From NCBI GenBank assembly GCA_028293645.1, contig JAQGOK010000166.1, positions 1 to 62,498 of the forward strand: 62,498 bases of DNA. The letters are read 5' to 3'. Under the pieces are notes generated by a model. That model was not told the origin of the DNA, did no database searches, and saw nothing but the letters and a program-made list of their open reading frames with translations. Source of the stretch: Chthoniobacter sp. GTDB taxonomy: Bacteria > Verrucomicrobiota > Verrucomicrobiia > Chthoniobacterales > Chthoniobacteraceae. Below are positions 46,501 through 55,678 of the stretch, one piece after another. The translations under genes were made by a program, and so were the position numbers. Each line of letters begins with the position of its first letter. Within the stretch, counting starts at the first letter, position 1.

Positions 46501-48374
46501 CCGCAACTCCGCAGGGTGTCATTTCAGCCGACCTCGTCGGAGCAGTCAGCATTACCCTCCCCGACAACGACTCATACCGGGGCCTCATCATTTTCACTGC
46601 AGGTCAGGGTGGCAATGGTTTCTCGACCGGCGGTAACGGCGGCAATGTAACCGGCGTCTCGATGCGATATGCGGCCGACCATGATGGCACGTTCCATACC
46701 CGTGCAATGCTCGTCGGCGGCGATGGCGGGTTCGGCGTGTCAGGTTCCGGAGGAGCGGGCGGAAGTCTCACCAATAACTCGATCCAGAGCGGTCAGTTCT
46801 TCAATGCCGGGAACGGCGGCCGCGGCGCGACCGGCGGCAATGGCGGCTCGATCATCGGCAACGGCCAGCAGAACTTCTTCGACAGCGAATACGCGTTCAT
46901 CACCTTGGAGACCGGCGTCGGCGGCCAGGGTGTGAAGAGAGGTGGGGACGGAGGAAACGTGACCAACTTCGCACCGCGGTTCATCGGATTCTTTGGCTCA
47001 ACCGGTGGAGAGTACATCATCAACGCCGGTGACGGCGGGACGGCTGTGGCTGGCCCAGGTGGGCGCGGCGGCTCAGTAATCAACAGCGGGCCTCTGAATG
47101 GCATCAATAAACTGGCTGGCGAGATCGCAGTGCGCGCCGGTGACGGCGGGCTCGGAGTGATCGGCGGTGCTGGTGGTTCGATCACGAAGTTCACCAACAC
47201 TCCCTCGCAGGCTGACAACCCGACAATCCTGACCTTTATCGCGGGCAACGGCGGTGCAGGGGTATCGGGAGTCGGCGGAGCAGGTGGTGATCTCAGTGGA
47301 ATCACCAGCCCTTCAACCGGGTTGGGCACCTCTGTGACTGGATACGGATTCAATCGCTTCATCGCCGGAGAAGGCGGCCAAAGCGCCGGTTCCAAAGGCG
47401 GCGCCGGCGGTTCCATCTCGACCCTGCAGGTTTCATCTTCCACCGGCGCCGTTGCGGTCGTCGGTGGTGCGGGTGGCCGGGGTCTGAGCGCTGGCGGCAC
47501 CGGGGGTTCCGTTACCGGCAATTCGGTGAACGCTGGTGGCACCGTGGAGGGCAAGGTGTTGGTCATCGCAGGTGCAGGCGGCGACGCCCACGCCTTCATT
47601 CCCAACCCTCTTGATCCCGCACCCAACCAAGCCCAGAAGGCTTTCGGCGGCAGGATCGGGATCGGTGGCAACGGCGGCAACATCACCGGCTTCACCCAGG
47701 AGACCGGCATTGCAGTCCGGGTCGATCTCATCGCGGGCAATGGTGGAAGCACCGTCAACTACGGCACCGTCGCGGACCCGAAATCGTTCGTCGGCAAGGG
47801 TGGATCCATCATCAATACCACCGTAGCCGGTAACATCGGCAACATCGCCTTTGACGTGCCGATCCTGGCATACAACGACACTGACGGAGATGGTCAGCTT
47901 GATCGCTCCATCGCGGAGTTTGTCCGGGAAGCACTGCGCATCGCCCCAGAGGAGGTTCTGCTCAACCCTCCGCCGCTTCTCAACGATGATTTGGGCAATG
48001 TCGGAATCATCGTGGGCGCTGCGGGTAGGATTAAGACCGTCGAGGTAAGCCCCGGCGTCTTCGATAGCCTCCCTGCCACGTTCGCAGTGAACGGCAGCCT
48101 GACCGGACTGAGCGCCCGTAACTTGATGTCGGCGGTAGCCGGCGATGTAAACCGCATCGCAGCCATCCAGATTGCCAGCGGCCTGAAGATCGGCTCGGGC
48201 ACCGGAGCCAACTTCACTCCCGGCATCGTTGGTGCCGATAAAGAAGGCGGTCCTTACCGCGATGCCAATGGTGACATCCTCCAGGAACCTGTGCTGGACG
48301 GCGGTCTGATCGATGGAGCGCTCGTCGCTCGCCGGATCACCGATCCGCTGGCAGGTCGGGTATTCATCCGCTAA
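43545..48374 (+). CDS. Giant Gly-rich repeat surface protein with LEPR-XLL-like leader (LEVLEQRIAPA) and FG-GAP/VCBS repeats
   Basis: 1609 aa; VDFNKDGAGDF, GDFNGDGNQDI, GDFNGDGFTDI; Gly-rich repeats on both sides of that block. Confidence 0.88.
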   Translation: MFLKQLAKNSLEVLEQRIAPATLAPLNEVGFKQGAVGTPLLLSAGEGLTTGNGAGSGNYLLYVEKGQALVFTTDLNGNSAIDFNEITGIAAGDGLRLISFVDIHGDIVTNLRSNTTLSDSDNNPLNDDPNLKGDGRVLLNSSIEGIELRSVRKDDFRINPLTDTNADGEVDDTYIEQRLVLSSYSIFGNVLAGKSFGVVDGGLIIDTAGKQLQSDLFTPEYTNPDLFFDFQPSIGSIKTGTAASGQYFSFGISSGNDIQGRINTFLPAVGQIGGDIVGVRAANPTATFDINSIEAGNGGVGARGGNIQDVQLNGDRAGGYRVIAGDGGTGPTGGDGGAIINFADFGSFTSRVLIQTGDGGQGTTGAGGAGGNATFGRLNLFAGLNVVLGNGGNGFSVGGNGADLSNAIITTPEGAVPAGVNMIGLATDPNNKMGELASDSIGTHIPVDFNKDGAGDFIYTTNNPSQLVVVFGNPAAVATDPFAWGVDEFGNVIYKRVYLDGPSNAEGLVIGDFNGDGNQDIAAASSTDGSFAGVSVFLSQSEDLNDDGKLSATEDLNSNGTNDFIGFESNRQSVVPSLFTDAVGRDALRRAAVNISDLAAGDFNGDGFTDIALVGTFYRFDATLTQVLMVMVADVENGKPTGQFYADFGLDAAPTRPFTRLGGGTGDVLIEATRLSETADHDVVVLVNQSITYNDQSAMEVYEFLDGAVPVGFSLLGQVDTNRNLPQGQNPNISLQAATARDFTILDYTGIDPITNLPDYIPDGIADLAILTESPQGFIIGMAGDGDGGFTVTTNQVRDDPATPAVNEESQNSGIFFGDRGDQNNGGFGLQTDLVGIRVTDKNEDGDYDEVAILQYGYNGNVIVVHELAFEGGSPNNQGAASPSTFASRFAGDQIRSIIAFDTVIPTVADRTQLPAGTGLKTLVGGIQPILDEGRRLGVDFPELPGLPIPLSENGIRITAGSGGDALVGKGGTGGFIGGGLKLTATATPQGVISADLVGAVSITLPDNDSYRGLIIFTAGQGGNGFSTGGNGGNVTGVSMRYAADHDGTFHTRAMLVGGDGGFGVSGSGGAGGSLTNNSIQSGQFFNAGNGGRGATGGNGGSIIGNGQQNFFDSEYAFITLETGVGGQGVKRGGDGGNVTNFAPRFIGFFGSTGGEYIINAGDGGTAVAGPGGRGGSVINSGPLNGINKLAGEIAVRAGDGGLGVIGGAGGSITKFTNTPSQADNPTILTFIAGNGGAGVSGVGGAGGDLSGITSPSTGLGTSVTGYGFNRFIAGEGGQSAGSKGGAGGSISTLQVSSSTGAVAVVGGAGGRGLSAGGTGGSVTGNSVNAGGTVEGKVLVIAGAGGDAHAFIPNPLDPAPNQAQKAFGGRIGIGGNGGNITGFTQETGIAVRVDLIAGNGGSTVNYGTVADPKSFVGKGGSIINTTVAGNIGNIAFDVPILAYNDTDGDGQLDRSIAEFVREALRIAPEEVLLNPPPLLNDDLGNVGIIVGAAGRIKTVEVSPGVFDSLPATFAVNGSLTGLSARNLMSAVAGDVNRIAAIQIASGLKIGSGTGANFTPGIVGADKEGGPYRDANGDILQEPVLDGGLIDGALVARRITDPLAGRVFIR

Positions 48375-48396
48375 AGGCGAGTTACACGTTAGTTTC

Positions 48397-48436
48397 AAAC
48401 CGGCGCAGGTCTTCGCAGAACTGCGCCGGTTTCTTG
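48397..48436 (+). terminator. Intrinsic terminator after the giant-protein operon
   Basis: Perfect 12-bp stem AAACCGGCGCAG/CTGCGCCGGTTT with a T-rich 3' end. Confidence 0.75.
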
Positions 48437-48485
48437 TACCGCAACGCCATTCCGCGGCTTCAATCGGACGCGACGGGCTGTCGCC

Positions 48486-48513
48486 TTGACTTGAAGAAAT
48501 CGGCTCCTAGTCT
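48486..48513 (+). promoter_or_regulatory. Putative promoter of tkt
   Basis: TTGACT-16 nt-TAGTCT. Confidence 0.55.
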
Positions 48514-48527
48514 TGCCGGCTTTCTTT

Positions 48528-50519
48528 ATGCCACTCGATACCAACGCTCTTTCCCGCGCCGCGAACGAAGCCCGCGGGCTCGCCATGGATGCCGTCCATG
48601 CCTGCTCATCCGGTCACCTGGGGTTGCCGTTGGGATGCGCCGAAATCGGTGCGGTGCTGTTCGGTCACTCACTGCGGCAGCAGCCGCAGCACCCGAAGTG
48701 GCTGAACCGGGATCGGTTCGTCCTGAGCGCGGGTCACGGCTCGATGTTCCTCTACTCGTGGTTGCATCTGAGCGGCTACGCTAGCGTCTCGATCGATGAC
48801 GTGAAAAAATTCCGAGCCTTGGGCGCCAGCACGCCGGGTCATCCGGAATGGCACGAGACGCCGGGGGTCGAAGCCACCACTGGGCCGCTCGGTCAGGGCG
48901 TCGCCAACTCCGTCGGTTACGCAGTTTCCCAGAAGATGGCGGCAGCGAAGTTCAACACCGCGGAACATCCGATCTTCGACAATCATATTGTCTGCCTCGC
49001 GGGTGACGGTTGCATGCAGGAAGGCGTCGCGATGGAGGCCGTGGCTTTCGCCGGGCACTTCAAGTTGGACAACTTGATCCTGATCTATGACGCCAACGAG
49101 GTCACCCTCGACGCCATGGCGGACGCGACGCAAAGCGAAGATGCGGGGAAACGGTTCGAAGCGATCGGTTGGGAAGTGCAGAGCGTGGACGGTCACGATA
49201 TGCCGTCCTTCCTGGCGGCTTACGAGAAGGCCAAAGCCGCGACCGGCAAGCCGCAACTCATCATTGCCCGGACCGAAATCGGCCGCGGCATCGCGGAAGT
49301 CGCTGGAACAGCGAAGGCTCACGGTGAGGGTGGTGCGAAGTTCATTGATGCCGCTCGCAAAGGCTTGGGTCTGCCGGAGGCGGAACACTTCTTCGTCAGC
49401 CCCGAGACCCGGGCTTACTTTAAGGAGCGGGCAAAGGGACTCGGCGCAGCCTACGACGAGTGGTCGGCCATGTATTCCGCGTGGCAGAAGGCCAACCCTG
49501 CGCTTTCGAAGGAACTGGATGCCGCCCTGAAGCAAGAGGTCCCCGCCGATCTGCTGTCCAGGATTCCAGAGTTCCCTGCCGACGCGAAACTCGCGACCCG
49601 CAAGGCTGGCTCCGATGTTTTGCAGCCAATCGCTGAAGCGCTTCCCAATCTGATCTCCGGCAGCGCTGATCTACACGGGTCCACCCTCAACTACATCGCC
49701 TCGAGCAAAGACTTCACGCCAGGCAACTGGAGCGGGCGGAATATCCGCTTCGGCATCCGGGAGCACGGGATGTGTGGCATTCTCAACGGCATCGCTTATG
49801 ACGGGATCTTCCGTGCGAGCGGCGCCACGTTTCTCGTGTTTGCCGACTACTGTCGGGGCAGCATCCGTCTCGCAGCGCTCAGCGGTTTGCCGACGGTTTA
49901 TATCTTTACCCACGACTCTGTGGGCGTCGGCGAGGACGGACCGACCCACCAACCCGTGGAAACCGTGAGCGCTCTGCGGCTTCTGCCGAACCTCGATGTC
50001 ATTCGGCCGGCAGATCCGGAAGAGACCGCTGCTGCATTCGCGGCTGCGTTTTCTCGGAACGATGGCCCGACCTTGCTGGCGTTGAGCCGGCAGGTGCTGC
50101 CAAATCTGAGCCAGATCCCAGTGGAGACGCGCCGCCAGGGTGTGCTCAAGGGCGCTTACATCGCGGTGAAAGAAACCGCACCATTGGAGCTGGTGCTGCT
50201 CAGCACGGGCAGTGAACTGCAACACGCGGTTGCTGCGGCGAAACAACTCGGCGCGGGAACACGTGTGGTGAGCGTCCCAAGCTTTCGCCGTTTCGACGCA
50301 CAACCACAGGCTTACAAGGACGAGCTCCTGCCGCCGACCTGCACCAAGCGCGTGGCGATCGAGGCCGGCGTTTCCGCGTTGTGGTGGAAGTATGTCGGGC
50401 TCAATGGCGCGGTGATTGGCATCGATCGCTTTGGCCTGAGCGCTCCAGGCAATCAGGTCATGGAGAAGCTCGGCATCACTGCGGGAGCGGTGGTGAACGC
50501 CGCCCATTCGCTAAGATAG
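48528..50519 (+). CDS. tkt: Transketolase
   Basis: [23 protein letters not shown] motif [23 protein letters not shown]. Confidence 0.98.
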   Translation: MPLDTNALSRAANEARGLAMDAVHACSSGHLGLPLGCAEIGAVLFGHSLRQQPQHPKWLNRDRFVLSAGHGSMFLYSWLHLSGYASVSIDDVKKFRALGASTPGHPEWHETPGVEATTGPLGQGVANSVGYAVSQKMAAAKFNTAEHPIFDNHIVCLAGDGCMQEGVAMEAVAFAGHFKLDNLILIYDANEVTLDAMADATQSEDAGKRFEAIGWEVQSVDGHDMPSFLAAYEKAKAATGKPQLIIARTEIGRGIAEVAGTAKAHGEGGAKFIDAARKGLGLPEAEHFFVSPETRAYFKERAKGLGAAYDEWSAMYSAWQKANPALSKELDAALKQEVPADLLSRIPEFPADAKLATRKAGSDVLQPIAEALPNLISGSADLHGSTLNYIASSKDFTPGNWSGRNIRFGIREHGMCGILNGIAYDGIFRASGATFLVFADYCRGSIRLAALSGLPTVYIFTHDSVGVGEDGPTHQPVETVSALRLLPNLDVIRPADPEETAAAFAAAFSRNDGPTLLALSRQVLPNLSQIPVETRRQGVLKGAYIAVKETAPLELVLLSTGSELQHAVAAAKQLGAGTRVVSVPSFRRFDAQPQAYKDELLPPTCTKRVAIEAGVSALWWKYVGLNGAVIGIDRFGLSAPGNQVMEKLGITAGAVVNAAHSLR

Positions 50520-50597
50520 CGGCGCAGGGAAGCGCACGGTTGCGTCACGCTCCTGAGTTGGCTGCGACTGCCGCTTCGGCCAAAACGCGGACGCCCG

Positions 50598-51302
50598 ATG
50601 TCGTCGTTCCAAATCGCCGCCGTGAGCTTCACCATAGCGGGGCCGCTGCTCTTGTGGCGCCTCTGCCGCGGTGAACACGCGGAGCACGTGACGCGGCAGG
50701 TGCGGCACGGTTTGGCGTTCGCGCTGGCTTTGTTCTTCCTCGGAGATCTGGCGGCGGAATGTTTTACCGAGCCGTTTCGCCCGAACGAACTCCTGCCGAT
50801 GCATCTCTGCGACTGGGCGTTGATCGCGGTCGCGGCGGCGGTCTGGTGGCGATGGCAAACCGGCTTTGAACTTGGCTATTTCTGGGGCCTCGCCGGGACG
50901 CTGCAGGCGCTTTTCACCCCGGCCATCGACGGCACCGCAGCGTGGTGGCGGCTCTTCGGATTCTTTTTTGCGCACGCGCTGATCATCGTCACCGTGCTGC
51001 ACCTGCTGATTACTGAACGGATGCGCCCGTGGCCGGCCTCGCTCGGACGGGTGTTCATCTGGTCCGAAGCGTTCCTCGTCTGCGCGTTGATGACCAACAC
51101 GCTCACTGGCTCGAACTTCGGTTTCCTCGCTCACCGTCCGTCGCAGCCGACCCTGCTCGACCAGTTCTCCGACACGCATTGGCTCTACGTGCTTCAGATC
51201 AATCTCGTCGGGCTCGCCGCTTTCGCCCTGCTCTACCTGCCCTGGCTTATTTACGATTCGCTCAGCCGCCGGCGAACAACTTCTGCCACACCTCCGGCTT
51301 GA
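50598..51302 (+). CDS. TIGR02206/YwaF-type integral membrane protein
   Basis: LLPMHLCD, YFWGLAGTLQALFTP, FFFAH, NFGFL. Confidence 0.85.
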   Translation: MSSFQIAAVSFTIAGPLLLWRLCRGEHAEHVTRQVRHGLAFALALFFLGDLAAECFTEPFRPNELLPMHLCDWALIAVAAAVWWRWQTGFELGYFWGLAGTLQALFTPAIDGTAAWWRLFGFFFAHALIIVTVLHLLITERMRPWPASLGRVFIWSEAFLVCALMTNTLTGSNFGFLAHRPSQPTLLDQFSDTHWLYVLQINLVGLAAFALLYLPWLIYDSLSRRRTTSATPPA

Positions 51303-51624
51303 AGCCGACCGTCCCGGTACGATCCGTCAAGGCGAACGGCCGCTTCACGAGGTTGCCGTTGCCCGCGAGCAGCGCGAGAGCCTCTTCGATCGGCATGCCG
51401 GGCAGGCGATCTTTCAAACCAAGCGCCTGATAGTCGCGTCCACTGGTGTTGAAAAGCTTCCGCACGTCTCCCCCGAGCCCATCGAGCATCGCGCGCAGCT
51501 CAGCGACGCTCGGCGGCTGCTCCCGGATCGGCAGCACCTCGTGCGGGATGCCCTTCTCTCGGAGCCACTGCAGCGCCTTGCGACAAGTGCCGCAGCCAGC
51601 GTACGAATAGATCCGCAGGCTCAC
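51262..51624 (-). CDS. ArsC/Spx/MgsR family protein
   Basis: CGTCRKA, LFNTSG..Y, NLVKRP. Confidence 0.92.
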   Translation of the reverse strand: MSLRIYSYAGCGTCRKALQWLREKGIPHEVLPIREQPPSVAELRAMLDGLGGDVRKLFNTSGRDYQALGLKDRLPGMPIEEALALLAGNGNLVKRPFALTDRTGTVGFKPEVWQKLFAGG

Positions 51625-52511
51625 GGCACCAGGCCGAGATTCTTCACGATTCGCACCGTCGAGTAAGGCTTGTTCAACGTGTAGAAATGCAGCCCGGCGA
51701 CGCCGAACCGCAGCAGCGCCTCGCTCTGTTGCGTCGCGTACTCGATGCCGAACTCCGTGACCGCCGCGTCATCCTCACCGAGTTCCTCCAGGCGGTTCAG
51801 GAACTTCGCGGGCAAGGCTGCGCCGCAAAGTGCCGTGAAGCGCCGGGTCTGCCCGCTTGAAAGCACCGGCAACAATCCGGGAATGATCGGGACCGCCGCG
51901 CCCAGCTTCTTCGTCATGAAATCGTGGAACTGGTAGAAGTCTTCGTTATCGAAAAACAGTTGGGTGATCACGAAATCCGCGCCGGCTTCAATCTTTTCGC
52001 GCAGATATCCCCAGTCCGCGATCTTGCCCGCTTTGCACGCAATGTGGCCTTCCGGAAAACCCGCGGTGCCGATGCTGAAGCCGCCCTGTGCGCGCAGAAA
52101 AGCAACCAGGTCGCGTGAATACTCGAACCCGCCCGGCGTCGCCTGGAACTCGCCGCCGTCCGGAGGATCGCCGCGCAGCGCGAGCAGGTTGCAAATGCCT
52201 CGGCTGCGCGCGTCTTCGACCACCGCTCGCAACTCGTCCGCCGTGGAATTCACACAGGTGAGATGCATCATCGTGGTCAGCCCGTGCTCCCGCTGGATGC
52301 GATCGACGATGCCAATCGTTTTCTCGCGCGTGGTCCCACCCGCACCGTAAGTCACCGAGCAGTAGTCCGGGCTGGCCGCCATCAAAGCCGGCAGAGTTTT
52401 CTCGAAAAGGTTGCGCTCCCCCTCGTCCGTTTTCGGCGGGAAGAACTCGAACGAAATGGCCGGCCGTCCCTCTTGCTGGCAGGTGCGGTGAATATCGCGG
52501 ATGAACTTCAT
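51621..52511 (-). CDS. metF: Methylenetetrahydrofolate reductase
   Basis: SFEFFPPK, SVTYGAGG, HLTCV, LALRGDPP, ITQLFF, HFYTLN. Confidence 0.97.
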   Translation of the reverse strand: MKFIRDIHRTCQQEGRPAISFEFFPPKTDEGERNLFEKTLPALMAASPDYCSVTYGAGGTTREKTIGIVDRIQREHGLTTMMHLTCVNSTADELRAVVEDARSRGICNLLALRGDPPDGGEFQATPGGFEYSRDLVAFLRAQGGFSIGTAGFPEGHIACKAGKIADWGYLREKIEAGADFVITQLFFDNEDFYQFHDFMTKKLGAAVPIIPGLLPVLSSGQTRRFTALCGAALPAKFLNRLEELGEDDAAVTEFGIEYATQQSEALLRFGVAGLHFYTLNKPYSTVRIVKNLGLVP

Positions 52512-52587
52512 GCGCGGCGGAGTGTGTCCAGTCGGGAGCAGCGGGGAAAGCGGGAACGTGCACCGGTTGCGCCGCTCGTCGTCGCAA

Positions 52588-53445
52588 TCACTTTCCTCCG
52601 CGCTGCTCGCGTGCGACACCGAGCACGAATTCGGAGGACTCGCCCCACCAGGGACCGGACAGCCCGAAATCAATCGCGTTGTGCTGCGCGCCGGCTTCCG
52701 TCCAAAGCCGCTTCGGACCCGCGTAGGCTTCGTAGAGTTTCTGCCCCTGATCGAGCGTCACGATCTCATCCAGAGCCGCGACTCGCACGGCGACCGGCCC
52801 TTTGTATTCGCGCAATGCGACCGCATTCTCCCAGCGATCGCGCAGGATCATCCGAACCGGCAGGAAGGGATAATGATGAGCCGCCACGTCGGTGAGCGCC
52901 GCAAACGGAGTCACCAAAAACAGGCCGCTGATGCGCTTGGGTGCGCGGCTCGCGATGGCGCAGGCCGGACCCGAGCCGAGCGATTCGCCGAGCAAATAAA
53001 CAGGGCGCGGGTCCTCTTGAAGCAAAGCCTCCACTGCGGCCATGCCCGCTTCGATGAACGGCTTCTCGCCGACCTCACCAGGTCGCGCGCCGTAACCGGG
53101 ATATTCGAAGAGATACACTTCCCAGGTGCGTCCCCCATTCACCTGCTCGAAGCCGCCGACGTACTGCAGCCGGTGCAACGCGTAGCCGGCGTTGCCGTGA
53201 AAAACGAGCAGCCGATTCTCCGCACGTATGCCGCTGCGGATCGGACTTCTCCACCCGATGATCGCTCCGGCCGCATCACGCCATGGCTCGAGTCGCAACG
53301 TCCGCGCCTCCTCGATCAGCGTTTCCTCGGAGGCGTGAAACGGATGGTAGATGAGTGAACTTTGAAAGCTTGCGACGAGCATGACGACAACGAGGTAAAC
53401 GAGCGCCAAAGCGCGCAGCAGGCGAAAGGTTTTCGTGCGCCACAT
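52588..53445 (-). CDS. Membrane-anchored alpha/beta hydrolase (ABHD-like)
   Basis: FHGNAG, EYPGYG, nucleophile motif GESLG, N-terminal transmembrane helix. Confidence 0.9.
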   Translation of the reverse strand: MWRTKTFRLLRALALVYLVVVMLVASFQSSLIYHPFHASEETLIEEARTLRLEPWRDAAGAIIGWRSPIRSGIRAENRLLVFHGNAGYALHRLQYVGGFEQVNGGRTWEVYLFEYPGYGARPGEVGEKPFIEAGMAAVEALLQEDPRPVYLLGESLGSGPACAIASRAPKRISGLFLVTPFAALTDVAAHHYPFLPVRMILRDRWENAVALREYKGPVAVRVAALDEIVTLDQGQKLYEAYAGPKRLWTEAGAQHNAIDFGLSGPWWGESSEFVLGVAREQRGGK

Positions 53446-53500
53446 GAGTGCATGGACAAGACCCGGCGCGTGCCCTTTCATCAATCGCAATCCCTTCGCC

Positions 53501-54301
53501 ATGCGCCAAATCCTTCCCCTGCTCGCCGCCGCGCTGTTGCCGATCGTTCTGACTGCGGCGGAGCCTGCTCCAGCGGTTCCTCCGCGTTACGAGATTCGCG
53601 CCGATCATGATCCGAATGGGACCGGCAAGTTTTACCTCGGCCGCGAGATCGCGCAGGTGATGGGTCATCGCGCGGCCGATTGGCTCGAGCGCCCGGAACG
53701 CGAGGAAGAGGAACAAACCGAAAAGATGGTCGATGCGCTGAAGTTCCGGGAAGGCGAAATCGTTGCCGACATCGGGGTTGGCTCCGGCTACGTCGCACGC
53801 AAAATTGCCAAGCGCATCGGCGCGAGCGGCATCATTTACGGAGTCGATATCCAGCAGGAGATGCTCGCTGTGCTCGCGAAACGCATGGCGATGTTCCGCA
53901 TCACGAATGTGCGGCCAGTGCTCGGCACCGTCACCGATCCGAAGCTCCCGCCGGCCTCTTGCGACACCATGATCCTCGTCGATGTCTATCATGAGTTTGA
54001 CCACCCGTTTGAGATGGTCGCCGCCATGACGCGCGGTTTGAAACCAGGCGGGCGGCTCGTGCTGGTTGAGTTCCGCGGCGAAGACCCGAGCATCCCAATC
54101 AAGACCATTCACAAAATGACCGAGGCACAGGTGAAAAAGGAGATGGCCGTTCATCCGCTCGATTTTGCGGAGAACATCTCAATGCTGCCCTGGCAACACG
54201 TGCTGATCTTCCGCAAGCGCGCCGACAGCGCGGCGACGGATGATTGCTGTGTGGCGCCGACCAGCCGTGCGGCTTTGCTGCAGCGCCCGGCGGCGCAATG
54301 A
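53501..54301 (+). CDS. Class I SAM-dependent methyltransferase with N-terminal signal peptide
   Basis: VADIGVGSG, VDIQQEM, VDVYHE, LKPGG; hydrophobic leader. Confidence 0.9.
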   Translation: MRQILPLLAAALLPIVLTAAEPAPAVPPRYEIRADHDPNGTGKFYLGREIAQVMGHRAADWLERPEREEEEQTEKMVDALKFREGEIVADIGVGSGYVARKIAKRIGASGIIYGVDIQQEMLAVLAKRMAMFRITNVRPVLGTVTDPKLPPASCDTMILVDVYHEFDHPFEMVAAMTRGLKPGGRLVLVEFRGEDPSIPIKTIHKMTEAQVKKEMAVHPLDFAENISMLPWQHVLIFRKRADSAATDDCCVAPTSRAALLQRPAAQ

Positions 54302-55209
54302 GCGAGCACTTCACCTGGCGGAAACTCAGCGCAGCGAAATGGGAGGACGTGTGGTGGGACCGGCTCAGTGAAGTCGCGGACCGCCTGGCAATCACTGCGA
54401 TCGCCGGCGCCAAGACCATCCGGTTGGAAGCGTTTCAGCTCACCCGCACGCAGGCGGAAAAGCTGCGACGCACCTTCGGCGGGCAAACCGCCGTCCAGAA
54501 AAAGCTGAAAACTCTGCCGGCGCCGGCGCCACGCGCGCCGATCCGGGTCCGGGGCAAGCTGGTGATCGTCGCGACCGAAACCGAAGCGGCCCTGCTCGCC
54601 CCCGGCGGCGCCCAGGTGTTGCGAATTCCCGCCGGCATGGCCTTTGGGACAGGCGATCACGCTACGACTTCGACTTGTCTGCGATTGCTTTCCGATGTTG
54701 CCGACGACCTTGCCGGCGAAAGTTGGGATCTGCTCGATCTCGGAACCGGCAGCGGCATTCTCGCCTTGGCCGCGCGGTTGCTCGGAGCGGACCGCGTGGA
54801 GGCGGGCGACTTCGACCCGGACTCCGTCCGCACCACGAAAGAAAACGTACGGCTCAACGGGGTTTCGCGTGTGGTCGTGCGGAAACTCGATCTGCTGACC
54901 TGGCAGCCTGCCCGCACCTGGCCCGTCGTCGCGGCGAATCTTTTCAGCGGCCTGCTCATCGAAGGCGCACCGAAGATCGTCGCCGCGCTCGCACCCGGGG
55001 CACGGTTGATCTTCTCCGGAATCCTCCGCGCGCAGGAGCCAGACGTCGTCGCTGCCTTCGAAGGACACGGCTTGCGCATCGAGCGCCTCGTCCGCAAAGG
55101 CAAGTGGGTCAGCGGCCTCGCTTCCAAGCCAGCCGCGCGGACTGCCGAGCGGGGCGGTTCCGCACGCGAACGCGTTAAGCCGATTGCTGCGCGGCGCGGA
55201 GTCGGTTGA
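54298..55209 (+). CDS. prmA: Ribosomal protein L11 methyltransferase
   Basis: PAGMAFGTGDHATT, LDLGTGSGILA, VAANL, SGIL. Confidence 0.92.
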   Translation: MSEHFTWRKLSAAKWEDVWWDRLSEVADRLAITAIAGAKTIRLEAFQLTRTQAEKLRRTFGGQTAVQKKLKTLPAPAPRAPIRVRGKLVIVATETEAALLAPGGAQVLRIPAGMAFGTGDHATTSTCLRLLSDVADDLAGESWDLLDLGTGSGILALAARLLGADRVEAGDFDPDSVRTTKENVRLNGVSRVVVRKLDLLTWQPARTWPVVAANLFSGLLIEGAPKIVAALAPGARLIFSGILRAQEPDVVAAFEGHGLRIERLVRKGKWVSGLASKPAARTAERGGSARERVKPIAARRGVG

Positions 55210-55678
55210 GGTAAACCTTACAGACGCTCTTCATCCGCGTGAGGATGTAATACACGGTCTGGGAGCGCGCCCGGACCAGCTGACCGCCGACGATCTTCGG
55301 CACGAAATCCGCAGGCAGTTCGAGGATCTCTTCGGGCGCGGAATCTTCGAGGCCTTTGCAGAGGATCGAAGTCATCGCCTTCGTCAACGTCTGCACCTGC
55401 GGGCCGAGCGTGATCCGAAACTGCGCGCGTCGGCCTTCATGCACCTTGAGGAACACGCCGACGGTGTCCGTGCACTCCTCGTCTTTACGCACGTCCTCGA
55501 GATCGAACGTCTCGTCCGGCCTCGGCTCGTATTTCTTCGTCTGCTCGGAGTAGGCGATCAGGTTCTCACGCTTCTCCTCCTCGGGCAGCGATTCGAAGAG
55601 CCCGATGATGTTGGCGAGCTTCTTTGGGTAGCTCGACGGCGGCGGATTCTCCGGCGGCTCGTAGCAGCCTTTGCTCAT
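55175..55678 (-). CDS. SufE/CsdE-like sulfur acceptor
   Basis: [15 protein letters not shown] with the conserved Cys, PEEILELP. Confidence 0.8.
   Translation of the reverse strand: MSKGCYEPPENPPPSSYPKKLANIIGLFESLPEEEKRENLIAYSEQTKKYEPRPDETFDLEDVRKDEECTDTVGVFLKVHEGRRAQFRITLGPQVQTLTKAMTSILCKGLEDSAPEEILELPADFVPKIVGGQLVRARSQTVYYILTRMKSVCKVYLNRLRAAQQSA

Noticed and set aside
40030-47800. Gly-rich repeats as a CRISPR array or DNA tandem repeat
   Set aside because: The repeats exist at protein level with diverged codons; there are no identical repeat-spacer units and no cas genes
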